From Octopus bimaculoides (Eukaryota): a stretch of DNA of 64,000 nt. A program made the position numbers and the translations under genes. The notes under the pieces were generated by a model. That model was not told the DNA's origin. It did not search any database and was given only the letters and a program-made list of their open reading frames with translations. How positions within the stretch are numbered: position 1 is the stretch's first letter; each line of letters starts with the position of its first letter. Shown piece after piece: positions 24,412-36,651 of this stretch. Where the stretch lies: contig NC_068984.1 in the NCBI RefSeq assembly GCF_001194135.2, forward strand, positions 67,686,103 through 67,750,102. Reading direction: 5' to 3'.

Positions 24412-26763
24412 AATAAGTAAAACAACTTATGCATTTGAACAAGGAAAACGTTTTGTACCGGTGAATACATACTTTTGCATTAGAAGGTTATACCAACATG
24501 ATATATATCGAAGAGCCGTTAGAACAGCAGCGCCCATCTATATTCCCTTCAAGGATTATGACTGGAGGATTCAAGTAAATTTAAATATGAAAATAAGTGA
24601 TTGTATCTATGTTGCATGCATGGTTCATTTAAACGTCAGTTAATCTTTATGGTAGGATTACACAAGTATATACTATCAAACGGATAATATAGGCTTAAAC
24701 TCGATAAATATTACTGAAAACAATGTAGAGTATTGAATTTTATTGCACTATTAATTGCACATATACCATAATTGTTTTATAACTCACATCCATTAGGACA
24801 GGTATAGATATTCCCTACAGCAGTTCGTCTTAATGGAAAAGATCAGTGAGGTCAGTATTCTGCTAAAGATAAATACAGTTGTTCAACTGAGTGTTAACCG
24901 AAAGTCAAGGTATAAACGTTTAGAGATATTTGTTCCGTTTTATGAAGGTGTAGTGAAACAACACTTTCCATTTCCACTTTTAGGTGAGTGCATTTTAAGC
25001 TTCTTTATTTATATAAAATAGCTTTGACCACCCAAATGCCTACGACATTAACTTGCTGTGTATGTATATTGATTTTTATATATGAAATACGAAACATCAA
25101 ATGATATTTAGTAATATATATTTCATGACATTATTCATAAGTGCAAAAAGCCACAGTAAATCAAATAAAGATCGAATGAGCCTCTTTTACCAATGACAAT
25201 GGTGATAGCAAATAAAATGATCCTGGTTTGGCTTTAAATATATGTTTCAATATTTTATGTGCAATTAGCTTTATCTAGTTTCCACCATGTTCTCAGTGGC
25301 TAACCCGATACATACTGACCCAGATGTTAAAGGGTACAATGAATGCATTATTATAGATCTTTAATTGGTTTGATTTATTGTATCATTGCAATTTTAATTT
25401 CAAAACAGTGGCAAAACTGTCTGGTAAGAATAGGTTTCACGAGTTTAAAAGACCTTCAAGTCCATTTTACCTTTCACCTTTCTGAAGTGAATAGAGTAAA
25501 TAGCAACTGAAATAATTACTGGGGTTGGTGTAAGTTGCTGTACTCTCAAAACAGTCCCATTATAATTACTAAAATTACTAAAAGAATAAAGGTATATATA
25601 TTTTTCGCATCACTTAATCAAATGTGTTGGGTTGAATATTGGTGAGAGTCTGACATAAAAAAATATATATACATTTATCCTTATGCCTTTCGAATTTACG
25701 TGTTACCAAATAATTTTTTATTTTTTGTCTCTGTAGTTTTATCACTATACAAATGCCCGTGAAAGAAGGTTTCTGTTCAGTTTTTATACCATTTATCTTA
25801 GTACAAAATTAGCATCAGTGCCTATGATCCTATTCTCACGTCTCATTAGTACCTTTAATATAGTTTGAAGACGAAGACAAAATAATTCAAGAGGATGTTG
25901 GGAACCATTATCTTATATAGCTTATAATTTTCAAAATAGCTCAAAACAAATAATTTAGCAAAGACAACGTGTAGGTTCATTAGATAGAAACAGGTTAGCT
26001 TTATTAAAGAATGATATAGTCAAATATATCAACTCTAATATTGAAGCGGTACATAATTTTATATGATGAAAAAAGCAAATTCAAAATTGAATTTAATGCG
26101 TAAAGAGACATAATTATTTCAAAACATTTTGCGCTTAACATTGAGTTTGTCAAGGCAGAAGTATCATAATGCTATACGATTTAGAACCTTTAATTTGATC
26201 ACCTTTCTCATTTTATATCTCAAATTTGTACCCCTCTCCATTACTCTAGTACAACTATTGATCAGTTGTCTAGTAGATTATGTATATTAATGAGATTCGT
26301 GGATATTCACTTTTTAAACTGTTCTTGTTTTTATCTTGATGCATACATTTATAAATCGTCGTAGCATTGCTATATCTTCTTAACATATAAAGATTATGTC
26401 TTCCTATACATTATAGAGTTAAGAATGGATAAAGTTTAATATTCGAACCTTTTGCATTACATTAGATAGTATTTCATATTTAAGCTTTTTCAAAGTAAAA
26501 CATTCAAACATTTTTCATTCGTTAAAAATTTCGATTATATCTACGGTTACAAATGGATAACGTTTGAATGCAGGTTGTAAGAGATGGAATAATAATTAAG
26601 ATTCTGTTTTACAAATAAAATATACGTTAAATGTCACCGACAAAATGTTCACGATCCTCAAAATATGCTTAATATCCCAAAGTAACATTTATTTCTAAGT
26701 GAAATCTCTTGAAATAGAAGTTCTGAAATAAATTAAGTATATATTTTTTTTTTTGTTTTGAAA

Positions 26764-26943
26764 ACGCTTGACGGTATTTCGTCCGCCTTTACGTTCTGGA
26801 ATCAAATTCCCCCAAGGTTAACTTTGATGTTCATTCTTTTGGGTTCGATAGAATAAATACCAGTTAAACACTGGTGTCGATGTTATCAGCATATCCCCTC
26901 TCACGAACTTTCTGGCCATGTGCCAAATTTTGAAACCAATATT
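26764..26943 (+). mobile_element. SINE family A copy (5'-trimmed)
   Basis: GGTATTTCGTCCGCCTTTACGTTCTG...GGCCATGTGCCAAATTTTGAAACC. Confidence 0.8.
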
Positions 26944-26983
26944 AATCCAAACAGAGTACAGGAAGAGATCTATTCGCGTGTGC

Positions 26984-26985
<2 letters not shown>

Positions 26986-27029
<44 letters not shown>

Positions 27030-27036
27030 GAGAGAG
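26986..27036. repeat. (GA)n microsatellite
   Basis: Seen directly. Confidence 0.97.
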
Positions 27037-27254
27037 TTTTGTGCTGTACGAGAAAGAATAAGGGCGAGAAAAAGAGTTTATCTGCCAATTATATAATCGC
27101 CATCACTTTTCATGAACACCCTGGGTTTTACCCTTAGGTGATATTGGCATCAGGATACTTTTGCAAAATGAATTATTCTTCGCAGATTTTTAGAAATGGT
27201 GACCTTTCAGGATCGACAAAAATGTGTTATTGTTACTGAAGTGAGTAACTACAG

Positions 27255-27358
27255 AATTAACATCAGTGCGATCGATTCGAAATGATAACTTGAAATACCT
27301 TGACAAAATACCGCATGTTATTATGCCCAATGCTTTAGCAATTCTGCCAATTCACTAT
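27255..27358 (-). mobile_element. degraded SINE family A head
   Basis: AAATACCGC...TTATGCCC...TAGCAATTCTGCCA is the reverse complement of the family A head. Confidence 0.55.
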
Positions 27359-28937
27359 TCCTTTACAAATAATGGTGCTGAAAAGAATAATACTGAAATA
27401 ATAGTACTGAAAAGAATTTTTTAACTTCTTTAAATACATTTCACTACAAAACCAAGAAGCTAAACTGTACCAATGTTAACATTTGAAATAAAATGTGCTA
27501 TGACATAGCCAAAATGATTAATAATGTTGTACCAAATGAACACGGTTGTATTTTAAGTGGTATTTTATATGCGGGTATTGTTTCCATAATAGAGGTATTT
27601 TAACATGAAGTAAAATTGACAAAACATAAAAAGTATCGAGTGATTTCTAGTTTATAACAGTTCAATACATAGTTTTCTTTGTTAACTATCTACAGCATTA
27701 AATTTTATAGACTTTTTAATGCTGTAAAGCGTTCTATCTTATGGTGGTATATCGCCAGGTCGTAATCAACTCCCAAAGAAGTATAAAATGGACGTAACAA
27801 CTTTTCGATATCGTTTTTAAAGACATTTCATGTGGACGAAGTACAACAAACCGTTCGTGTTTAGCCGATGAAATAAAATTACGATTATTTCAAATGTTGT
27901 GAAGAACACTTGAAATAATTCCTGGGCAGAAAAGAATTTGTATAACAGAAATTATATAACCATGTACCTATATAACTATACTTCCTATATAGGAAATTAT
28001 ATAATGTCTGAAGACCATTGATTCACGATCCCTAAATCGTTAAAGATATAGCAACGTAGACTTATTTCTTTAAATGATATATCTTAATCTGTTTACACTT
28101 TCCAATTCTTTCTAAGTAGTGTACTAACAGAAGTAACAGATAGTCGGATAAAATGCCTTGTGGTATTCAATTTACATTTAATGTCAAAGTATCTAGACAA
28201 TACCAATTTTCCCTTTCATCAGTAGTGGTTGATAAAATCAGCCTTCAAGAAATATTGCTACTGATATTAATTGACTTTATGCCTGGGCAAGAAACTTTGC
28301 AATTGTGCCGACATAAAAAGTCATAACTATACAGTTTTGAAGAGCAGCATTTTAGTAGATGTAGCCTATGGAATAATTGTCTCATAATATATGTATATAC
28401 ATTACTTATCTAGAGCTTTCAAGTTCCTATCCGCATGGAATCATTTGCTATCCTTTTACAACATCGCCAACAATTGCTTGTACAATAAATTATGGTGTTT
28501 GTAAAATCTATAAATCGGTTTTGTAAATTTTCAAGGGACCTGGGATGATAGAAACGGCAGGGCATCATAATGAATGCTATGGATACTTAGTTACATTAAT
28601 TTAGCTTCCGAATTGAAACCTGCAGGGAATAATTTCGTCATATATTTGAAATAACTTCAACTAATGATAATATTTTTTGAAAAATAATCAAAATTAAAAA
28701 TCCTTAACGTTATCCCGCCGAAAAGATCATTCGTTGGTTGATAATCAATTTTGATAATATATGTAAATTCAATGATTTATCTCAATTATACAGAGAATGG
28801 TGCTGGTATGAAAGGAAGGAAACCATTTGAAAATTCTGTGCTTTGTTGTAAATGAACTACGTCTGAAACCTTCTATTCTCATTACCAGAAAATATAAAAC
28901 ACCTTTCCTTAGTATTTACGATGGTAATGTTAACAAT

Positions 28938-29146
28938 GGCAAAGGCAGTAAATTAGCACGCCGGTTGAAATGTTTAGCAGTATTTCGTCTGTCTTTATGT
29001 TCTGAGTTCAAATTCTCCGAGGTCGACTTTGCCTGTCATCCTTTCGGGGTCGATAAATTAAGCACCAGTTGCGTACTGGGGTCGATCTAACCGAGTAACC
29101 CCCACTCCACAAAAATTTCGGGCCTTGTGCCTAGAGTAGAAAAGAA
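28938..29146 (+). mobile_element. SINE family A copy
   Basis: TTAGCACGCCGG...GTTCTGAGTTCAAATT...GGGGTCGATAAATTAAGCACCAG...GGCCTTGTGCCTAGAGTAGAAAAG. Confidence 0.88.
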
Positions 29147-29583
29147 AGTAAATTGATTATATTAAGTATAGTGCATATTGCGTCGATCTAATACTTTCAT
29201 AGGAGTTGTATTCTATAAAGGCCTTTTGTTCTGTATAACTGATAATACTCTAATATTAAGACCGGTTAGCAGTGTAATATCTTAACCTGGGCCTTCTGTG
29301 ATTTTACTTACGTTCGATGTTAGAAACGTTCGAGCGAAGCCTCTCTTTCCCCGTATTAGTCAGAGAGACCCTGGAAAATGTCTTTACTCCTCTTAAAAAG
29401 CAATTAAGATAAAAATGAAGAACAAAAATACAACAACGTAGTCAGTGAAAATACCTAATTAAATATAGTATTTAGTGGCTTTTTAAAGTCGAAAATATTT
29501 TTGAGTCAGTGATTATTTTTTCATTGTTCTGGAGTCGATAAAATAGTTGCTAATCACGTATTGGGTTGATTAACATGATTATA

Positions 29584-30455
29584 CAGGGTGCAATGGGTAA
29601 ATTATCATGAAGTTATATTTTTAATTTCGTGCAGGCACATTGTTTTTTATTTTGTCGGCTACACAGTATCATAGGGCAGTGTCTGTAAAAAAAAATAGCA
29701 CCATGACGCAATTCCCATTGTCAGAAATTTGGAAACGATATACTGTACTGCTTGGCATTCGCACCGAAAGCTCCAGTATTAACATTTCAAAGTGGTTGGG
29801 TGTCAATGTGAGGACAGTGCAATCTGAGAACATGTATCGAGACTGAAAAATATTAAACATCCAGTCAACATCATGGTGTTGGAGATGATCACTAGAGACG
29901 GTGACTTTATGCTTCCATTCATTTCCCCACACAGACTCAGGCTTAACACGGAGGCAAGTATCAATTGCCTGGAGGAGGTAGTACTGCTCTGGATCAAGAA
30001 AGTGACTGCTGGAAGATCCTGTGTCTGGCAACTGGATTCTGCACCATGCCACACAAGCAGGAGAACCGAGCCATGGATGTCAGACAATTTCTGCGACCAC
30101 ATCTCTCCAGCTAATTCCCCAAAGTCTGACCAGCTAACTCCCCAGACTGCAACACCCTTGATTATTATGTGTGGGGCGCAGTTGAACGAGAGACCAAGAA
30201 AACTTCTTGCAACATCAAAGATGAACTGAAACCAAGAATTATGACAGCGTTCACCAACTTAAACACAGAGACCGTCTCGATGAGTTGCAGGAGATTCCGA
30301 AGTCGTCTGGAGGCTATGGTTGAAGCCAATGGCGATTTTATTGAATAAATTTACTCTTTAGTATTTCAAGATATGTTTATGTAATTTTGGTAAAATATAT
30401 CTGTTAAAATGAGATGTCATTCTTATTTCCATGTTTGCACAATTTAGAGAACAGT
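29584..30455 (+). mobile_element. internally deleted DD37D (maT-like) transposon
   Basis: Starts TA|CAGGGTGCAATGGGTAAATT. Encodes MTQFPLSEIWKR..., a deletion, then KHPVNIMV...WQLDSAPCHTSRRT...NSPDCNPLDYYVWGAVERET...RLEAMVEANGDFIE* across frameshifts. About 37 residues separate D2 and D3 once a local duplication is ignored. Right TIR not recognisable. Confidence 0.85.
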
Positions 30456-30568
30456 ATTTTTTTCGTACTCTCTAGTTCATCCTGTTGCAAATCTAAAAAT
30501 TCAATAACATATAGAAGGGTGATGGAGATTAAAAGTGGAAGAATAGCGGTTAAACTGCTGCCTATTAT

Positions 30569-30652
30569 TTCTTCTTCTTCTTCTTCTTCTTCTTCTTCTT
30601 CTTCTTCTTCTTCTTCTTCTTCTTCTTCTTCTTCTTCTTCTTCTTCTTCTTC
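30569..30652. repeat. (TTC)~28 pure trinucleotide repeat
   Basis: Seen directly. Confidence 0.98.
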
Positions 30653-31037
30653 ACGTGGCCGTAGTTGAGTTACATTTTACTACGCCGAACCTTGCATGTC
30701 TGTCTTCCATTAGCCTTAGTGGATACTAAATTTTGAGATGCGTGTCTCTGGTATTTAGGCACGGCCGTTTACTTCCTATATTCGAATCTTAAACTGAAAG
30801 TCAGTTGTGTTATTCACCCTTCAATGGTCGATAAAATGAAGAACCGAACAACGTACTTTGCGGTTTCAAGTTACGTCCCTTTAATTTTTTCTTCTCTTCA
30901 AATCCCTTCAGAATCAATGTTGCTGTTCGTTCTTGTGGGATCAATAAAATAAATAATTGAGTTGATTCAATCGACTACAACTCTCCATGTGTGTGTTTTT
31001 TTTACCTTTGAAATAAATCGATATTATATTATGGCGA

Positions 31038-31220
31038 AAGGAGGAAGGCTGGCACAATCGTTAGAGCTAGGGAAAATTCATTGCAGTATTTTAATTATGA
31101 CTGCTTAACACTCACTTCAAATCCCACCGTAGTCAACTTTGCATTTTAACGTTCCAAGGGTTATCAAATAGTCAAGTCTTGAGATCGATTTAATTAACAG
31201 CCCCCGTGCCGCAAAACTGG
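31038..31220 (+). mobile_element. degraded SINE family A copy
   Basis: GGCTGGCACAATCGTTAG...TTCAAATCCCACCGTAGTCAACTTTGCATTT. Confidence 0.6.
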
Positions 31221-32711
31221 TGACCAGTTGTTCTTTTAGAAAAGAGCTTTACGAAAATATGGATGATCTACAACGTCATATTTGTCACTAAAATATCATA
31301 TCTTTTCTCCTAGTCAAAATGCAGCTAGTACTGTATGCATAACGCATTCAACACACAGACATACACACGCACGCACACACAGACACACACATATACACAC
31401 ACACGCACACACGAACACACAAATATATACAGAAATATTATAAGCATTTGTTTTTAAAATTACTAAAAATTTTAAACTTATTAATAACGACAAAGGAAAT
31501 TTGAATTATAAAACACTGAAAACATTATTTCGCAATAAAATGACTCGCCGTTTCTTTATTTTTAGAAAGAAGTCGAGATGTTGTAAATCTGTTTTATGCA
31601 CTGATTACCCACTAAGCTCTGGATAAATTTAGTAATTGTGATACACACTAAAATACAGTAATTGTGTATGTTTCTATGTGATATAATTACGAAAGAAACA
31701 AACGGTCGAATGGAAATTCAAGAGTAACTCAACAGAACAATATCATTCAGTCGATAATTACGCAGCTATTAAGATACATCTAAGAAACATTAATAACATT
31801 GTGAAACAGAATATATAATTTAGTGCGAAACATACAATTTTACATTTTAAACGAAATATCTGTTGTACATATATTGAGACATGTCACTGGTCCAGCCAAT
31901 TTGTATAAAATTACAACTGTCTAAACTTTACTAATTGGATTCGCAGTTTCGTAGTTTAGACGCTGTGAACCTATTATCACTAGTCCAACAATAGACTCTT
32001 AGTATTATTGTCGTTCTTTACTGCCACTAAATAAACACAGTAATCATTACATAGATAAGAACAAAAATATAGAAGCTAATGTTAAATGTGATATATCATT
32101 GTGGTTCTGTTCCCCGCACCATTATTTTGTTAAACGTATGAAATAAGCTAATAACGCAAAGATGTTCTATGTAATTCATAACTTGTTATTCTTATATCAT
32201 AAGAACTGTTATCAGCTAATTTTGAAATGTAACTATACGAAACTAACAGCAGATTTTGTTAAAAAATAAACACTATTTCCATTTGGAAAACGATGATTGT
32301 GTTCATTGATATAATCGTTGGAGATCTAAGTGAGAAATTCCAAGGCTTTTCTCCGCGCGAGTAATTAAATAATCTATAATATGTTAAATGATTAAAGAAA
32401 TATTTTATTTATTAATATAATTAATATAATTAATTAATATAAAATGATTAAGGAAATTATCTGTTTATTAATATCTGCCGGAAAGTTGGTAGAGTTCACA
32501 TAATCAATAATGTTTCTTTTCATAATGTAATAATTAAAAGTCCATGTATATGTACTGAAGACACAGTCGATTACATCTCCTTGTTCATATTTTATCGACC
32601 TCCGGAGTGTGGAGGGCTAACTCGAATCCGATGATGTAGGGAGTAACTTAATGCGTCACTCCACTGCGTTGTTTATTGGCAATCTTTGTAGTATAGTAAC
32701 TTTGTTTTCAG

Positions 32712-32745
32712 CTAAAGAGTGAGCTTTTACACGGTCAGTCGAAAT
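32712..32745 (+). other. candidate 34-nt exon (LKSELLHGQSK)
   Basis: Acceptor CTTTGTTTTCAG and donor GTAAGA. One open frame. Confidence 0.2.
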
Positions 32746-34059
32746 GTAAGATATCGTAGCCAAACCTCTATCTTCGGTTATATCTCACCTGCTAAAGAAT
32801 GTAGAAATTCGTTGTATAAAGTTAGAGTAAAAATGCAATGCAATGGAAGACGTTTTTTGTGGCAGGCCTATTGAGTCAGATCTGACAAGAGGCTAACGAG
32901 CAACATCATAATAAAGATCTATGACATACAGAGAAGCTCATATACTCGTAAATGATTCACTTGTGTGTTGATATATAACTGGTTCTTTATCAACTGTAGA
33001 ACTATAAGACTCATAGCCGACTCCCAGTGGAATTTGAATTCAGACCGTAAAGAAATGGAACTAAATGATGATATTGTAATTCACCACCTTTCTAAAGTCT
33101 GTGGTAATTTTATTCGCTGTGAAAATATAAAAATCTATACATAAACTAAGTGTTAGGGAATCTTATAGCAAAAGATACGGATGAGAGGCAATCTTAATCT
33201 TTATGTCTGAATGCAAATATAATTCGGAAGGGGATATCTAAAGAAGAGATGTAAACCACACTTAAAAAGTGTTAGGTACAACTCTCCAACATTGTCCTGA
33301 TCTCAAACGCAGTTACCTGTACTCGCAGTTGTTTATGGTAACGTTTTTGTCTCATTGGAAGTGTTTACAAGGAAAATAATTTTTTATGAAATATGAACAG
33401 TAAAAATTGGATCTGTCATTATTATACTGTTGTCAATTTCAAATCAAATCTGAATATGAGAACGCGTATTAAGTCCGTAGAATGTATATGTGTGATTCAA
33501 AGAGCCATCATGCCAAATATGCTAACCTCTATGTTAGGCAAAGTACAATAATGATAAGTGCTCAGGTATTTAATATGGAGTGCTAGGTAGCTACATGGCT
33601 GTACAGCAACTCATCTCAGATCAATCAGTCTTTGTTTTTTCATATGTGCTTGTGGTCATTACACCTGAGAAAAATGTGGGATGTGTGTCGATTGCCGTGC
33701 GATTGCTGCTGTTCCTGAATTCTGTTTTTTATTTCATTACAAATTTTGTGACAGCGCATTTGGTTAGGTTGATAATTAATATCATTAATTGACAGATCTG
33801 TGATGCGATTTAATCAGATTCATAATTTCAAAAGTACAATATCCTCGGATTTAAATCCTGAATCCTGTAAATGAGTTAGTCGATGAAATCTTGGTAAATA
33901 CCCAGATTTCTCAAAACATTGAAAACATAACGAAACATTTATTATTATAAAGCTTTTCTATTCAACAAAATGTCTCATATAACATTTCCTGGTAATAATT
34001 TTCTCTTCGGTTACTAAATTTCAGTTTTGGTTTTGTATTTGTAGAAGATCAGCAATATA

Positions 34060-34276
34060 CGAGGTGGTGCTGAAAAGGTCCTGGCGTTGAGAGTATTGCG
34101 AAAGACCTGGTTTGAGGTCCAACCTTCCGAGTTATTTTACAACGCTTAGAAAAACTAAAGGACCGCTGTAATAAGTGTATGAATCTGAGACGGGAATACA
34201 TTGAATGAAATCATAATTAACTGACACTCCTGTATTTTCTCCTATCCAAAGCCAGAAACTCTTCAGAACACCTTCG
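34060..34276 (+). mobile_element. non-autonomous mini-mariner (217 bp)
   Basis: TA-flanked imperfect TIRs CGAGGTGGTGCTGAAAAGGTCCTGGC and GCCAGAAACTCTTCAGAACACCTTCG. The interior retains the transposase C-terminus WFEVQPSELFYN..EKLKDRCNKCMNLRREYIE*. Confidence 0.82.
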
Positions 34277-35330
34277 TAAATACGGTTACTAAACCATATT
34301 TCTGATACGTTTTAATTAACTCTGGAGGAGTGAAACTCAACGTCGAACATGAATGGAATTGAACTTAAAACGTAAAAATAGGTTGTTCGCAAAACCAGAT
34401 ATTTTAACTTCGCTATTTATTTAACCAGTCTACGTAAATTTAAACGACAAAGATGACTTTTCTACTTCCGAAATCAGAAAGTAAAGAGCTGTATCAAGAT
34501 TCTATTAGACATTTATTCACTGTTCCACAAATTCAACAATCCAGTAATTTCCTTAGTTGTCATACTGAACGTAATTTGTCCTTCACGTATACGATATTCT
34601 TTCTAGGAACATAAATTTTAGGACATATTTCTATTATTATACGTTTACACTAACAAACAAATATATTAACACGTCCCAAATACGTGATGGATTTATTGTG
34701 TCTGCTAAATTATTTCATATAGAATTACTTTGATAATGATTATCTGTAAACAATTTCTAAAAGATTCCACGCGAGTTTCTCTTATACAATCGTCTTCCCA
34801 AGGCTCCAGTCTAAATTCTTTGTCTACATCGTTAATATTGTTTTGTTAGCACTTTAGCAGAAAAACGAAATAGTCAATATTTTAGTGTTATTAGATCGCG
34901 TCTGCACCCAAAAATTTATCAGCTCACCTTTTTACCGTCTCATATGTAAAGCGATTCATTAAAAACCATATGCAGTTTATCTGCCAGCATTTCATGACCT
35001 CCGATGTATGTTCTAATATATACAACTGGATTTGAAAGAAATATTTGAATGAACTCCATCTTCGCGCATCAACAAACGTAGCTATATTTTATACGAAACA
35101 AAATAGATCTACTTTTGAAAAAATCATTGTTTTCTTTAAGACTTGACGGATTAATATTATATACAGAGAGAATACTGAAAGGAGAAACAGCTTCATCTAC
35201 TTTTTCTTCCATTTTTTTTCTATTATATTTATTGAAGCAACAGCTCACCACCGTAATATACAGTAGCCGCGCGGGCACTGCATTATATATACATACATAC
35301 ATACATACATACATACATGTATACATGTAT

Positions 35331-35365
<35 letters not shown>

Positions 35366-35404
35366 GTCAATTCAAATATACAATCAATTCAAATAAACGA
35401 ATAA

Positions 35405-35560
35405 TATAATTAACAATAAGAGACAAAAAGACGACGTGCACAAGGAATGTATTAGTTTGGCCCTCAGTAAAAGGAGAGAGTTCGAACATAGCTCTTCGTC
35501 GGAAAGAAGAAATGGAAAAGTTCAAAGAAGGAAAACAAAATCGCCAACAACTCGTGTGTA
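35405..35560 (-). mobile_element. Penelope-LTR-like repeat fragment with hammerhead-like relic
   Basis: Minus strand CCGACGAAGAGCTATGTTCGAAC. Homologous to 7860-8000 and flanked by microsatellites. Confidence 0.45.
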
Positions 35561-35578
35561 GTTACGTTGCTGTATCTA

Positions 35579-35622
<44 letters not shown>

Positions 35623-35632
35623 NNNNNNNNNN
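35623..35632. other. assembly gap in (CA)n
   Basis: Run of Ns. Confidence 0.99.
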
Positions 35633-35669
<37 letters not shown>

Positions 35670-35681
35670 GTATATATATGT

Positions 35682-35912
35682 AGGTGCAGACGTAGCAGTG
35701 TGGTAGGAAGGTTGCTTTCCAAACACATAGTTCCTGATTCAGTCCCACTGCGTTGAACCTTGGGTAAGTGTCTTCCACTATATCCTCAGGGGGAACAAAT
35801 CCTTGTGAGTGGATTTGGGAGACGAAAACTCAAAGAAGTCCGTCGTATATATGTAGATATGTGTGTATGTGTGTGTGTGTGTGTATGTGTGTGTGTGTGT
35901 GTATGTGTGTGT
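35682..35912 (+). mobile_element. SINE family B, 5' half, ending in (GT)n
   Basis: GTGTGGTAGGAAGGTTGCTTTCC...CAGTCCCACTGCG...GTGAGTGGATTTGG. Confidence 0.85.
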
Positions 35913-36448
35913 GTTAAGATGTATATAACTATACAACTACTGCAATACGTATTGATGCGTATGTATTTGTAACATTTGATAAATTAAACATCATTATCAC
36001 GAAGTGCAGTTGGACATAGAAATATAACTCTTAAGTTCCCTTTGTTCATGTTTGCATACGATTTTAAATATTCGAATTTCTGCTAATGACAAAATGTGGT
36101 AATGAATTAACTTTCTGCGATTAATATTTGAAAAGCAGAAAAAAATTATCGATATGCATGCAGAATATGAGAGCAAATTTAAGTTAGTAAGAAATTTTAT
36201 TTCAAACATTTATTTTCCTGCCAGACCATTCCCTAGCACCTCGACCAGTTAGCGATATCAGCCAAATCTTTGTCAGACCACAGCCGAAACTCTATTTTTG
36301 TTTTTTCTTTTCTTTTTTTTTAAGACATACTGAATAAATATCCTAAGATACACTGTGCGGATGAAAAATGAGATGGTTATAAATTAAACCCATTTGAGTT
36401 ATAAATCTGCTTAAACCACAATTGTTTAAGCAACAACACTAGCGGTAG

Positions 36449-36651
36449 TATCCTTTCCAAGGGAGGCCAAGGCCTGATATTTTGGAGGTGGGGTTAGTTG
36501 TTCACATCGAATCTAGAGCGTGATAGGTTCTTTTTTCATCGACACAATAAGGCAGATCTCACTTTGGCGAATCCAAACTTATAATGTAAAGAGGCGAAAT
36601 ACGGCTAAGCATTTTGTCCAGCGTGCAAACGATTCATCCATCTTGCCATCT
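36449..36651 (-). mobile_element. SINE family A copy
   Basis: CAAGGCCTGATATTTTGG...GGCTAAGCATTTTGTCCAGCGTGCAAACGATTC. Confidence 0.75.

Noticed and set aside
28540-28580. Minus-strand IHYDAL resembling the OTU deubiquitinase His motif
   Set aside because: Six-residue match only, weak splice sites and no other OTU motifs.
33645-33723. Cys-rich CACGHYT*EKCGMCVDC zinc-finger-like string
   Set aside because: In-frame stop and no surrounding domain context.
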